Part shown: piece after piece, positions 18,462-30,849 of the stretch
How positions within the stretch are numbered: position 1 is the first letter of the stretch
Layout: each line of letters opens with the position of its first letter
Assembly (NCBI GenBank): GCA_951406725.2
Contig: OX597816.1
Coordinates: forward strand, 126,108,001 to 126,172,000
Origin: Octopus vulgaris
Lineage: Eukaryota
Direction of reading: 5' to 3'
Length of the DNA: 64,000 nt
The notes under the pieces: generated by a model
The model's database searches: none
What the model was told of the DNA's origin: nothing
The model's input: the letters and a program-made list of their open reading frames with translations, nothing else
Translations under genes and position numbers: made by a program

Positions 18462-19092
18462 TAATAGAAATATTAAAATAACTAAGTCTCTCTAAAAGAG
18501 AACAGCGGCAGCGTTCCCGGAAAATAATAGTTATCGCCATACTAATATGGCATTCTTATAAAAATAAGAAAAAACTGTCCGCTTATTAGCTCCATGAGGC
18601 CATCGCCTTAAGTTAGCTATTTGATACACAAACTGTATCCATATAACCTTCGAACAAGGGAGGTCAGTCGCTCCACACTACTTGACCGGCAGCTACAGAC
18701 GCGTTTCAGGGTATTGCCCCTTTTCAATGCAGCGTAGCCAGCCAGTAGGTGTCGTTCCGACAATCTCTGTTCGATGGTTTTATTTACCTAGTTTCGGTGG
18801 AATACATCCACTTGTTTTCAATAATAGAAATATTAAAATAACTAAGTCTCTCTAAAAGAGAACAGCGGCAGCGTTCCCGGAAAATAATAGTTATCGCCAT
18901 ACTAATATGGCATTCTTATAAAAATAAGAAAAAAGCTGTCCGCTTATTAGCTCCATGAGGCCATCGCCTTAAGTTAGCTATTTGATACACAAACTGTATC
19001 CATATAACCTTCGAACAAGGGAGGTCAGTCGCTCCACACTACTTGACCGGCAGCTACAGATATGAATGCCATATTAGTATGGCGATAACTAT
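18461..19092 (-). mobile_element. Hammerhead-bearing tandem repeat element (retrozyme or Penelope pseudo-LTR type), 1.66 units of 360/361 bp plus short inverted cap
   Basis: 18461-18699 is repeated at 18821-19060; 19061-19092 is the reverse complement of ~18887-18918; hammerhead motif at 18692-18733; no ORF. Confidence 0.75.
18692..18733 (-). ncRNA. Minimal type I hammerhead ribozyme (U3:A8 core variant)
   Basis: Minus strand: GCUGCA-UUGAAAA-GGGG CAAUA CCCU-GAAA-CGCG-UC^UGUAGC. Stem I is GCUGCA/UGUAGC, stem II is 4 bp, stem III is palindromic ACGCGU, cleavage triplet GUC. Confidence 0.7.
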
Positions 19093-19170
19093 ATATATAT
19101 ATATATATACATATATACATATATATATATATGTATATATATATATTGATATGGAGGTCAGTTCGGAAAC

Positions 19171-19328
19171 CGAGTGCATGAGAGAGTTCAATGCAGCTGC
19201 CCTCATATGCACCTCCTGCCGTGAAGTTGGTTCATCTGGGACACCTGACAGGAAGAGACCCAATTTTATTTTAAAGGCATCTGCATCCACCCCATGCAGG
19301 TCTCTCAGGTTCTTCAGGAGGATATTTT
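19171..19328 (-). mobile_element. LINE family A short internal 3' fragment
   Basis: Encodes [38 protein letters not shown], homologous to the family A C-terminus. Confidence 0.85.
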
Positions 19329-19335
19329 GGTGTGC

Positions 19336-20656
19336 CTAACATAGCTCCTGCAACACTATGACAGCTACTAAATGGCTCAAATGTGGATGTAATATATCTT
19401 GACTATGCAAAAGCCTTTGATAAAGTCGACCATGGTATGATCTGTCACAAACTGCGTGGTCTCGGCATAGGCGGGAAACTTGGAGAGTGGCTGCACAACT
19501 TCCTAAAAGACAGAAAACAGGCAGTTGTGAGCAATGGAGCCACCTCCAGGGAAACACAAATAACAAGCGGTGTCCCACAGGGCACTGTCTTGGGGCCACT
19601 GATGTTCATAGTGGCCCATTCAGACATGCCTTCAGTTGCTACGATGACCACCCTTGCTAGCTATGCAGATGACACAAAAGTCTCCCACGCAATACAAAAC
19701 CCTGAAAATATTGCGCATCTGCAACATGAGCTGGACACAATATACAAGTGGGCTGAGGACAACAACATGCAGTTTAATGCAGGTAAGTTCCAGGCCCTGC
19801 GCTACTGGCACACAAAGGTAAATGACGTGAAGACTGGATACACTGGCGCAGGAAGAATTGCAATCCCTGAGTCAAAATCAGTGCGTGACCTGGGCATTGA
19901 CATGAGCAATGATGCATCTTTCCAAATGCATATTGCTAATCTGGTGATAAAATGCAGACGGCTAGCTGGATGGATTCTCCGAACTTTCAGAACAAGAGAG
20001 AAGGAGACACTGATGGTCCTATGGAAAACATTTGTCCTCAGCCGCTTGGACTACTGCTCCCAACTTTGGTCACCACACAATATAAAACAAACAGCAGAAC
20101 TCGAAGCAACTCAGAGAAGCTACACAAAGAAAATCATCTCAATGCAAAATGTCAGTTACTGGGAAAGACTGAAGGTATTAAACCTCTTCTCCCTGGAGCG
20201 GAGGCGGGAGAGATATGCAGTGATATACATCTGGAAAATCCTAGAGGGTCTTGTCCCAAACTTTGGCATTCAAAGTTACTCCAACCGCAGAACGGGGCGC
20301 CGCTGCGTGGTGCCAAGGATTCCAACATCACCATCAAAATACAGGTCCAGATACTGCAACAGCTTGGGTTTCAGAGGACCACAGCTCTTTAACATCCTCC
20401 CTAAATGCCTGAGAGACTTACATGGTGTGGATGTGGGTTTCTTTAAAACTAAACTGGATCTCTTCTTGTTGGGAGTCCCAGATGAACCTACCTCACGACA
20501 GGAGACACGGATGCGGGCAGCAGCATCGAACTCCCTTGTTGATCAAGTGCCACGTATCAGAGGTGGATTCACAAACTAGTGTAGCTCATTCAGCGGTGGT
20601 GCCCCAGCATGGCCGCGGCCTTCGGGCTAAAACATTTTTAAGGATTTTAAGGATTT
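19336..20656 (+). mobile_element. CR1/L2-like LINE family C, 5'-truncated, with (TTTTAAGGA)n tail
   Basis: ORF 19383-20579 (398 aa) is uninterrupted: YLDYAKAFDKV, GVPQGTVLGPLMF, YADDTK, SLERRRERY; 3' UTR GCGGTGGTGCCCCAGCATGGCCGCGG. Confidence 0.93.
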
Positions 20657-20747
20657 ATATATACATATACATATATATACATATATATATACATATACAT
20701 ATATGTATATATACATATACATATATATATATATATACATATATGAG

Positions 20748-21134
20748 TGGAGGCGCAATGGCCCAGTGGTTAGGGCAGCGGACTTGCGGTCAGAGGATCG
20801 CGGTTTCGATTCCCAGACCGGAGATGTGAGTGTTTATTGAGCGAAAACACCTAAAGCTCCACGAGGCTCCGGCAGGGGATGGTGATGATCCCTGCTGTAC
20901 TCTTTCATCACAACTTTCTCTCACACTTACTTCCTGTTTCTGTTGTACCTGTAATTCAAAGGGCCGGCCTTCTCACTCTCTGTGTCAAGCTGAATATCCC
21001 ATAGAACTACGTTAAGGGTACATGTGTCTGTGGAGTGCTCAGCCACTTACACATTAATTTCACGAGCAGGCTGTTCTGTTGATTCGGATAAATCGAACCG
21101 TCGTCGTCGTGGCCGACGGATTGCTTCCACACCA
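20748..21134 (+). mobile_element. tRNA-derived SINE family 1, full length
   Basis: A box TGGCCCAGTGG and B box GGTTTCGATTCC; homologous to 10059-10441. Confidence 0.88.
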
Positions 21135-21138
21135 TGTA

Positions 21139-21170
<32 letters not shown>

Positions 21171-21557
21171 CATATACATATATATATATATATACATATA
21201 TACATATATATATATACATATATACATATATACATATATATATATACATATATATATATACATATATATATATACATATATATATATACATATATATACA
21301 TACATATATATACATATATATATATACATATATATATATACATATACACATATATATATACATATACATATATATATATATATATGTATATATGCATATA
21401 TATAAATATACATATATGTATATGTACATATATATACATATACATATATATACATATATATACATATATATATATACATATATATACATATAAATATATA
21501 TACATATATATACATATATATATACATATATATACATATACATATATATACATATAC

Positions 21558-21588
<31 letters not shown>

Positions 21589-21710
21589 CATATATACATA
21601 TATGTATATGTATATATACATATATATAAATATACATATATGTATATGTACATATATATACATATATATACATATATATACATATACATACATATACATA
21701 TATGTATATA
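21135..21710. repeat. Compound TA/TACA microsatellite
   Basis: Visible directly. Confidence 0.95.
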
Positions 21711-23192
21711 TGATTGATTTGATTGATTGATTCTAGTTTCAGCTTATGAGCTGTGACCATGCTGGGGCACCGCCATTTGGTGTTGCTGCTTGGTTTCACT
21801 TCATGGAGGCTTTCTAGCAACTGCTATTTGGTGCATGAGAGAGTTCGATGCAGCTGCCCTCATCTGCTCCTCCTGCCGTGAAGTTGGTTCATCTGGGATA
21901 CCTGACAGGAAGAGATCCAGCTTCATTTTAAAGACATCTGTATCCACCCCATGCAGGTCTCTCAGGTTTTTCGGGAGGATATTGAAGAGCTGTGGGCCTC
22001 GGAAGCCCAGGCTATCACAGAATCTTGTCCTACATCTTGATGGCAGGTTTGGAGTCCTAGGCACCACGCAGTGGCGCCCAGTTCTGGCATTTGCGTAACT
22101 CTCGATGCCAAAGTTCAGGACACTTCCCTCCAGGATCTTCCAGATGTATATTATGGCATATCTTTCCCGCCTACACTCCAGGGAATATAATTTTAATCTC
22201 TTGAGTCTTTCCCAGTAGCTTACATTCTGCATAGAGACTATCTTCTTCGTGTAGCTTCGTTGGATCGCCTCAAGTTCTGTGATCAACTTGACACTGGATG
22301 GTGACCATAGCTGAGAGCAATAGTCAAAGTGGCTTAGGACAAGTGTCTTCCAGAGGACCATCATGGTTTCTTGTTCTCTTGTTCTAAAGGTTCTAAGAAT
22401 CCATCCAGCCAGCCGTCTACATTTCATTGTCAGTTTAGCAACATGTACATGAAAGGTCGCGTCATCACTCATGTGAATACCCAGGTCACGCACTGATTGT
22501 GCCTCTGGGATTGCAATCCCTCCGGGTCCAGTGTATTCATTGGGTATTGCATTCAGTTTTGCATGCTGATAGTATAAAGCTTGAAACTTTCCAGCATTGA
22601 ACTGCATGCTATTCTTTTCGGCCCACTTGTATATTTTGTCCAGCTCACATTGCAGGTGTTTAGTGTCCTCAGGGTTCTGTATTGCCTGTGAAACTTTTGT
22701 ATCATCTGCATAACTTGTGATCGTGGCTCTCTGCGTGGCTGAGGGCATGTCTGAGAGGGCCATTATGAACAGTAGTGGTCCCAGAAAAGTGCCCTGCGGA
22801 ACACCGCTCACTATTTGTGTGTTAATGGAGGTGGCCCCATTGGCTACTACCACCTGACTTCTATCCTTCAGAAAGTCATGAAGCCATTCTCCCAGTTTTC
22901 CAACTATGTTGAGATCACGCAGTTTGTGACATATCATTCCATGATCGACTTTATCAAAGGCCTTTGCAAAGTCGAGATATATCACTTCCACATTTGAGTG
23001 GTTGAGCAGCCGTTTCAGCACCCAGTCATAGTGTTGTAGGAGCTGAGTTAAACAGCTTCTCCCTGGTCGGAAACCGTATTGGGTGTCGAGCAGCAAGTCA
23101 TTCTCTTCAAGGAAGGTGATCAGCTTCCTTCTTACTATTCGTTCCATGACCTTGCTGATGTGTGAGGTCAGAGAGATAGGTCTATAGTTCAT
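21711..23192 (-). mobile_element. CR1/L2-like LINE family A, young 5'-truncated copy with open RT frame and (AATC)n tail
   Basis: ORF 21801-23192 (463 aa) from NYRPISLTSH through QYGFRPG, GVPQG and YADD; nearly identical to 59915-61163. Confidence 0.95.
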
Positions 23193-23203
23193 AGACCTAC
23201 ATA

Positions 23204-23635
23204 GAGCGCTACATCATCTGCATGATGTGGAAAATATTCCATCAGCATTGCCCAAATGATGTTGGCATCACCTTTAAGGTACATCCAAGGCTTGGGCCCC
23301 GTGCCATCCGCCCAAAACAAAAATCGCACTCTCATCTCATAACAACAATATGGCACAATTATTTCACCTCAATTGGCCCCGCTCTCTTTAACATTACACC
23401 AAAACACATTAAAACAGAAACTGACCCTATAGGGTTCAAGAAGTCTTTGGACAGATTCCTTCAAGAAATCCCGGATAAACCCCCTACACCCGGATATGTC
23501 TCTGTAAACAATAACTCTCTACTTGAGTGGGCCATAGTGCCCAAATTCTGACTTGAAAGACTTCACCAGGTGGTGCTATTAAGTTAGACATGGCCTGGGC
23601 CAATAATGGCCGAAACCTATCAAAGTATCAAAGTA
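23204..23635 (+). mobile_element. LINE family B 3' fragment
   Basis: ORF 23222-23551 [13 protein letters not shown]...WAIVPKF; tail CCTATCAAAGTATCAAAGTA. Confidence 0.9.
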
Positions 23636-23636
23636 C

Positions 23637-24086
23637 ATACTTTATACTTTGATAGGTTTCGGCCATTATTGGCCCAGGCCATGTCTAACTTAAGAGCACC
23701 ATCTGGTGAAGTCTTTCAAGTCAGAATTTGGGCACTAAGGCACACTCAAGTAGAGAGTTATTGTTTACAGAGACATATCCGGGTGTTGGAGGTTTATCCG
23801 GGATTTCTTGAAGGAATCTATCCAAAGACTTCTTGAACCCTATAGGGTCAGTTTCTGTTTTAATGTGTTTTGGTGTAATGTTAAAGAGAGCAGGGCCAAT
23901 TCAGGTGAAATAATTGTGCCGTATTGTTGTTATGAGATGAGAGTGCGATTTTTGTTTTGGGAGGATGGCACGGGGCCCAAGCCTTGGATGTACCTTAAAG
24001 GTGATGCCAACATCATTTGGGCAATGCTGATGGAATATTGTCCACATCATGCAGATGAAGTAACGCTCACGACGACGTTGGAGAGA
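23637..24086 (-). mobile_element. LINE family B 3' fragment, tail-to-tail with the previous copy
   Basis: Reverse complement of 23204-23635 with scattered substitutions. Confidence 0.9.
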
Positions 24087-24308
24087 ATACATATACATAT
24101 ATATATATACATACATATACATATATACATATACATATATATACATACATATACATATATATACATACATATACATATATATACATACATATACATATAT
24201 ACATACATATACATATATACATATACATATATATACATACATATACATATATATACATACATATACATACATACATATATATATATACATACATATATAT
24301 ATATACAT

Positions 24309-24353
<45 letters not shown>

Positions 24354-24776
24354 CATACATACATATACATACATACATATATATATATACATATACATAC
24401 ATACATATATATATATACATACATACATATATATATATACATATACATACATACATATATATATATACATATACATACATATATATATATACATATACAT
24501 ACATACATATATATATATACATACATACATATACATACATACATATATATATATACATATACATACATACATATATATATATACATATACATACATACAT
24601 ATATATATATACATATACATACATACATATATATATATACATATACATACATACATATATATATATACATATACATACATACATATATATATATACATAT
24701 ACATACATACATATATACATACATACATACATACATATACATACATACATATATATATATACATATACATACATAC

Positions 24777-24813
<37 letters not shown>

Positions 24814-25042
24814 CATATACATACATACATATATATATATACATATACATACATACATATATATATATATACATACATATATATATATACATACATACAT
24901 ATATATATATATATACATACATATATATATATATACATATATATATATACATACATACATATATATATATATACATACATATATATATATACATATACAT
25001 ATATATATATACATACATATACATACATATACATACATATAC

Positions 25043-25113
<71 letters not shown>

Positions 25114-25790
25114 CATACATATATATATATATATACATACATATATATATACATACATATATATATATACATACATATATATATATACATACATATATAT
25201 ATATATACATACATATATGTATATATATACATACATATATATATATACATACATATATATATATATACATACATATATATATATATATATACATATATAC
25301 ATACATATAAATACATATATATATACATACATATAAATACATATATATATATACATACATACATATATACATACATATAAATACATATATATATACATAC
25401 ATATATATATATATATATACATATATACATACATATAAATACATATATATATACATACATATAAATACATATATATATATACATACATACATATATACAT
25501 ACATATAAATACATATATATATACATACATATATATATATATATATATACATATATACATACATATAAATACATATATATATACATACATATAAATACAT
25601 ATATATATATACATACATACATATATACATACATATAAATACATATATATATACATACATATAAATACATATATATATATACATACATACATATATATAT
25701 ATACATACATACATATAAATACATATATATATATACATACATACATATATATATATACATACATACATATATATATATATACATACATAC

Positions 25791-25822
<32 letters not shown>

Positions 25823-26523
25823 ATATACATACATATACATATATACATACATATACATATATATATATATATATATACATACATACATATACATATATAT
25901 ATATATACATATACATACATATACATATATATATATATACATATACATACATATACATATATATATATATACATATACATATATATATATATACATACAT
26001 ATACATATATATATATACATATACATATATATATATACATATACATATATATATATATATACATACATATACATATATATATATATATACATACATATAC
26101 ATATATATACATATATATATACATACATATACATATATATACATACATATACATACATATATACATACATATACATATATATACATACATATACATATAT
26201 ATATACATACATATACATATATATATACATACATATACATATATATATACATACATATACATATATATATACATACATATACATATATATATATACATAT
26301 ATATATACATATATATATACACATATATATATACATATATATATACATATATATATACACATATATATATACACATATATATACATATACATATATATAT
26401 ACATATACATATATATATCATATATATATATATATACATATACATACATATATATATATACATATACATATATATACATATATATATACATATACATATA
26501 TATACATATATATATACATATAC

Positions 26524-26554
<31 letters not shown>

Positions 26555-26759
26555 CATATATATATATATACATATATATACATATATATATATACATATA
26601 TATATATACATATATATATATACATATATATACATACATATATATACATATATATATATACATATACATATATACATATATATACATATATATATATACA
26701 TATATATACATATATATATATACATATATATATACATATATATACATACATATATATAC

Positions 26760-26792
<33 letters not shown>

Positions 26793-26954
26793 CATACATA
26801 TATATACATACATATACATATATATATATACATATATATACATATATATAAATACATATATATACATATATATATATACATATATATACATATATATATA
26901 TACATATATATACATATATATACATATATATACATACATATATATACATATATA

Positions 26955-26990
<36 letters not shown>

Positions 26991-27073
26991 TATATATACA
27001 TATATATATACATATATATATATACATATATATACATACATATATATACATATATATACATATATATATATAC

Positions 27074-27124
<51 letters not shown>

Positions 27125-27125
27125 C

Positions 27126-27190
<65 letters not shown>

Positions 27191-27194
27191 CATA

Positions 27195-27232
<38 letters not shown>

Positions 27233-27980
27233 CATATATATATATACATATATATACATATATATACATATATATATATACATATATATACATATATATA
27301 TATACATATATATACATACATATATATATATACATATATATACATATATATATACATATATATACATATATATATATACATATATATATATACATATATA
27401 TACATATATATACATATATATATATACATATATATACATACATATATATACATATATATACATATATATATACATATATATACATACATATATATATATA
27501 TACATACATATATATATATACATATATATATATACATATATATATATACATATATATACATAAATATATATACATAAATATATATACATATATATATACA
27601 TATATATACATAAATATATATACATATATATATATACATATACATACATATATATATACATATTCATATATACATATACATATATACATATATACATACA
27701 TATATACATACATATATACATACATATATACATATATATATACATATATATATATACATATATACATATATATATACATATATATATATACATATATATA
27801 TATACATATACATATATATGTGTATATATACACATATACATATATATATACATGTATATACATATATATACATGTATATATACATATATATATATATACA
27901 TATATATACATGTATATATGCATACATGTATATATACATGTATATACATATATGTGTATATATATTTACATATATATATA
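24087..27980. repeat. ~3.9 kb compound TA/TACA microsatellite
   Basis: Visible directly; source of the >1000-aa low-complexity ORFs. Confidence 0.95.
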
Positions 27981-28198
27981 TTTCTTTACTACCCACAAGG
28001 GGCTAAACACAGAGGGGACAAACAAGGACAGACAAACGGATTAAGTCGATACATCGATCCCAGTGCGTAACTGGTACTTAATTTATCGACCCCGAAAGGA
28101 TGAAAGGCAAAGTCGACCTCGGCGGAATTTGAACTCAGAATGTAGCAGCAGACGAAATACGGCTACGCATTTCGCCCGGCGTGCTAACGTTTCTGCCA
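27981..28198 (-). mobile_element. tRNA-like SINE family 2
   Basis: Minus strand GGCAGAAACGTTAGCACGCCGGGCGAAATG...GAGTTCAAATTCC (B-box-like)...GGGTAGTAAAGAAA; many decayed relatives at 37260-38500. Confidence 0.8.
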
Positions 28199-28252
28199 TA
28201 CATATATATATGTATATATACATATATATATATACACATATATATATATACA

Positions 28253-28550
28253 CTAGCAGTATCGCCCGGCGTTGCTCGGGTTTGTAAGGCAAATAACTAT
28301 ATAAGCATTTTTAGAGAGTTACTTCCCTTATATAATAGCGAAAAAAATTCATTAAAATGGAAAAAAATGATGGTAATTTTTTTTTAAATCGTAGACTCAT
28401 CGTAGATGCACGCTAATACCTAGAAGGGCTCGATATGAATCGCGACTATAAGATACCCGCTTTTGGTTCAACTGCACCGCAAAATGTGGGAGTAGTTAGG
28501 AATCTAAATCGTAGGAGACAGACACGCAACTTCACTTTTATATATAAAGA
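28253..28550 (-). mobile_element. Non-autonomous Helitron (short variant of the 1287 family)
   Basis: CTAG at 28253-28256 with adjacent hairpin; TC 5' end at 28550; lacks one internal sub-repeat. Confidence 0.85.
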
Positions 28551-29061
28551 CTAGCAGTATCGCCTGGCGTTGCCCGGGTTTGTAAGGGAAATAACTATAT
28601 AAGCATTTTTAGAGAGTTACTTCCCTTATAGATGCCAATTCGGGCTTTCTTGGTCAATTCTGTTTTGGTGTCTTCAAGCCATGAAGTCGTTGTTCTAAAA
28701 GAACGCTGGTCTCCTTGACATCGCATTACGACGTTGATTTCCTTAAACTCCCACAGCTTCACGAGGGAGGGAAGAAGGGGGAGAAGCAAACACAGGTGCA
28801 GGTGTTTGAGCGTGGACGCCAACTCCGCCGCCATCGACACACGAAAAATTATGCATTAAAATGGAATAAAAAATGATGTTAAATTATTTTTAAAATCGTA
28901 GAATCATCGTAGACGCGCGCTAATAGTCAGACGGGCTTGATATTAATCACGACTATAAGATACCCGAATTTGGTTAAACTGCACCGCAAAATGTGGGAGG
29001 AGTTAGGAATCTAAATCGTAGGAGACAGACACTCACACAACTACAGTTTTATATATATAGA
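28551..29061 (-). mobile_element. Non-autonomous Helitron variant with ~210-bp internal insert, directly abutting the previous copy
   Basis: CTAG at 28551-28554; TC end at 29061; insert ~28632-28842 is absent from the other copies. Confidence 0.82.
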
Positions 29062-29106
29062 TATATATATGTATATATACATATATATATATATACATAT
29101 ATGTGT

Positions 29107-29354
29107 ATCATCATCATCATTTAACGTCCGCTTTCCATGCTAGCATGGGTTGGACGGTTCAAATGCGGTCTGGGGAGCCCGAAGGCTGCACCAGGCCAGT
29201 CAGATCTGGCAGTGTTTCTACAGCTGGATGTCCTTCCTAACGCCAACCACTCCGAGAGTGTAGTGGGTGATTTTATGTGCCACCGACACAGGTGCCAGAC
29301 GAGGCTGGCGAACGGCCACGCTCGGATGGTGTTTTTATGTGCCACCGACACAGG
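29107..29354 (-). mobile_element. RTE-clade LINE 3' UTR fragment with (GAT)n tail
   Basis: Homologous to 54903-55170, which is contiguous with an RTE RT C-terminus. Confidence 0.85.
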
Positions 29355-29416
29355 TATATACATATATATATACATATATATGTATATATATATATGTATA
29401 TATACATATACATATA

Positions 29417-29462
<46 letters not shown>

Positions 29463-30085
29463 TATATGTATATATACACATATACATATATATATGTATA
29501 TATACATATACATATATATATGTATATATACATATACATATATATATGTATATATACATATACATATATATATGTATATATACATATACATATATATATG
29601 TATATATACATATACATATATATATGTATATATACATATACATATATATATGTATATATACATATACATATATATATGTATATATACATATACATATATA
29701 TATGTATATATACATATATATGTATATATACATATATATGTATATATACATATATATATACATATATATGTATATATACATATATATATACATATATATG
29801 TATATATACATATATATATACATATATATGTATATATACATATACATATATATGTATATATACATATACATATATATGTATATATACATATATATATACA
29901 TACATGTATATATACATATATATATATATACATATATATGTATATATACATATACATATATATGTATATATACATATACATATATATGTATATATACATA
30001 TATATATACATACATGTATATATACATATATATATACATATATACATACATGTATATATACATATATATATACATATATACATAC

Positions 30086-30134
<49 letters not shown>

Positions 30135-30529
30135 CATGTATATATACATATATATACATATATATACATACATATATATACATATATATACATACATATA
30201 TATACATATATATACATACATGTATATATACATATATATACATACATGTATATATACATATATATACATATATATACATACATGTATATATACATATATA
30301 TACATATATATACATACATGTATATATACATATATATACATACATATATATGCATACATGTATATATACATATATATATATACATGTATATATACATATA
30401 TATACATACATGTATATATACATATATATACATACATGTATATATACATATATATACATACATATATACATACATGTATATATACATATATATACATACA
30501 TATATACATACATGTATATATACATATAT

Positions 30530-30562
<33 letters not shown>

Positions 30563-30647
30563 CATATATATACATACATGTATATATACATATATATACA
30601 TACATGTATATATACATATATATACATACATGTATATATTTATATAT

Positions 30648-30683
<36 letters not shown>

Positions 30684-30840
30684 TTATATATATATACATA
30701 CATATATATATACATATATATACATGTATGTATATATTTATATATATATACATACATATACATATACATGTATATATATACATACATGTATATATACATG
30801 TATATATAGATACATATATACACCTATATATATACATATA
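29355..30840. repeat. Compound TA microsatellite
   Basis: Visible directly. Confidence 0.95.
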
Positions 30841-30849
30841 TCAAACTAA

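Noticed and set aside
18575-18602. Third hammerhead-like string (CUCAUGGA-GCU AAUA AGC-GGAC on minus)
   Set aside because: Too many core deviations and no convincing stem I or III.
20748-20820. tRNA gene
   Set aside because: A/B boxes belong to a SINE head; I could not form a full cloverleaf and the sequence continues into the SINE body.
24047-27949. 1300-aa and other very long ORFs (also at 11-754, 13-18 kb, 29-31 kb, 42-48 kb, 58 kb, 63 kb)
   Set aside because: Alternating purine-pyrimidine microsatellites lack stop codons; the Y/I/M/C/V/H/T translations are artefacts.
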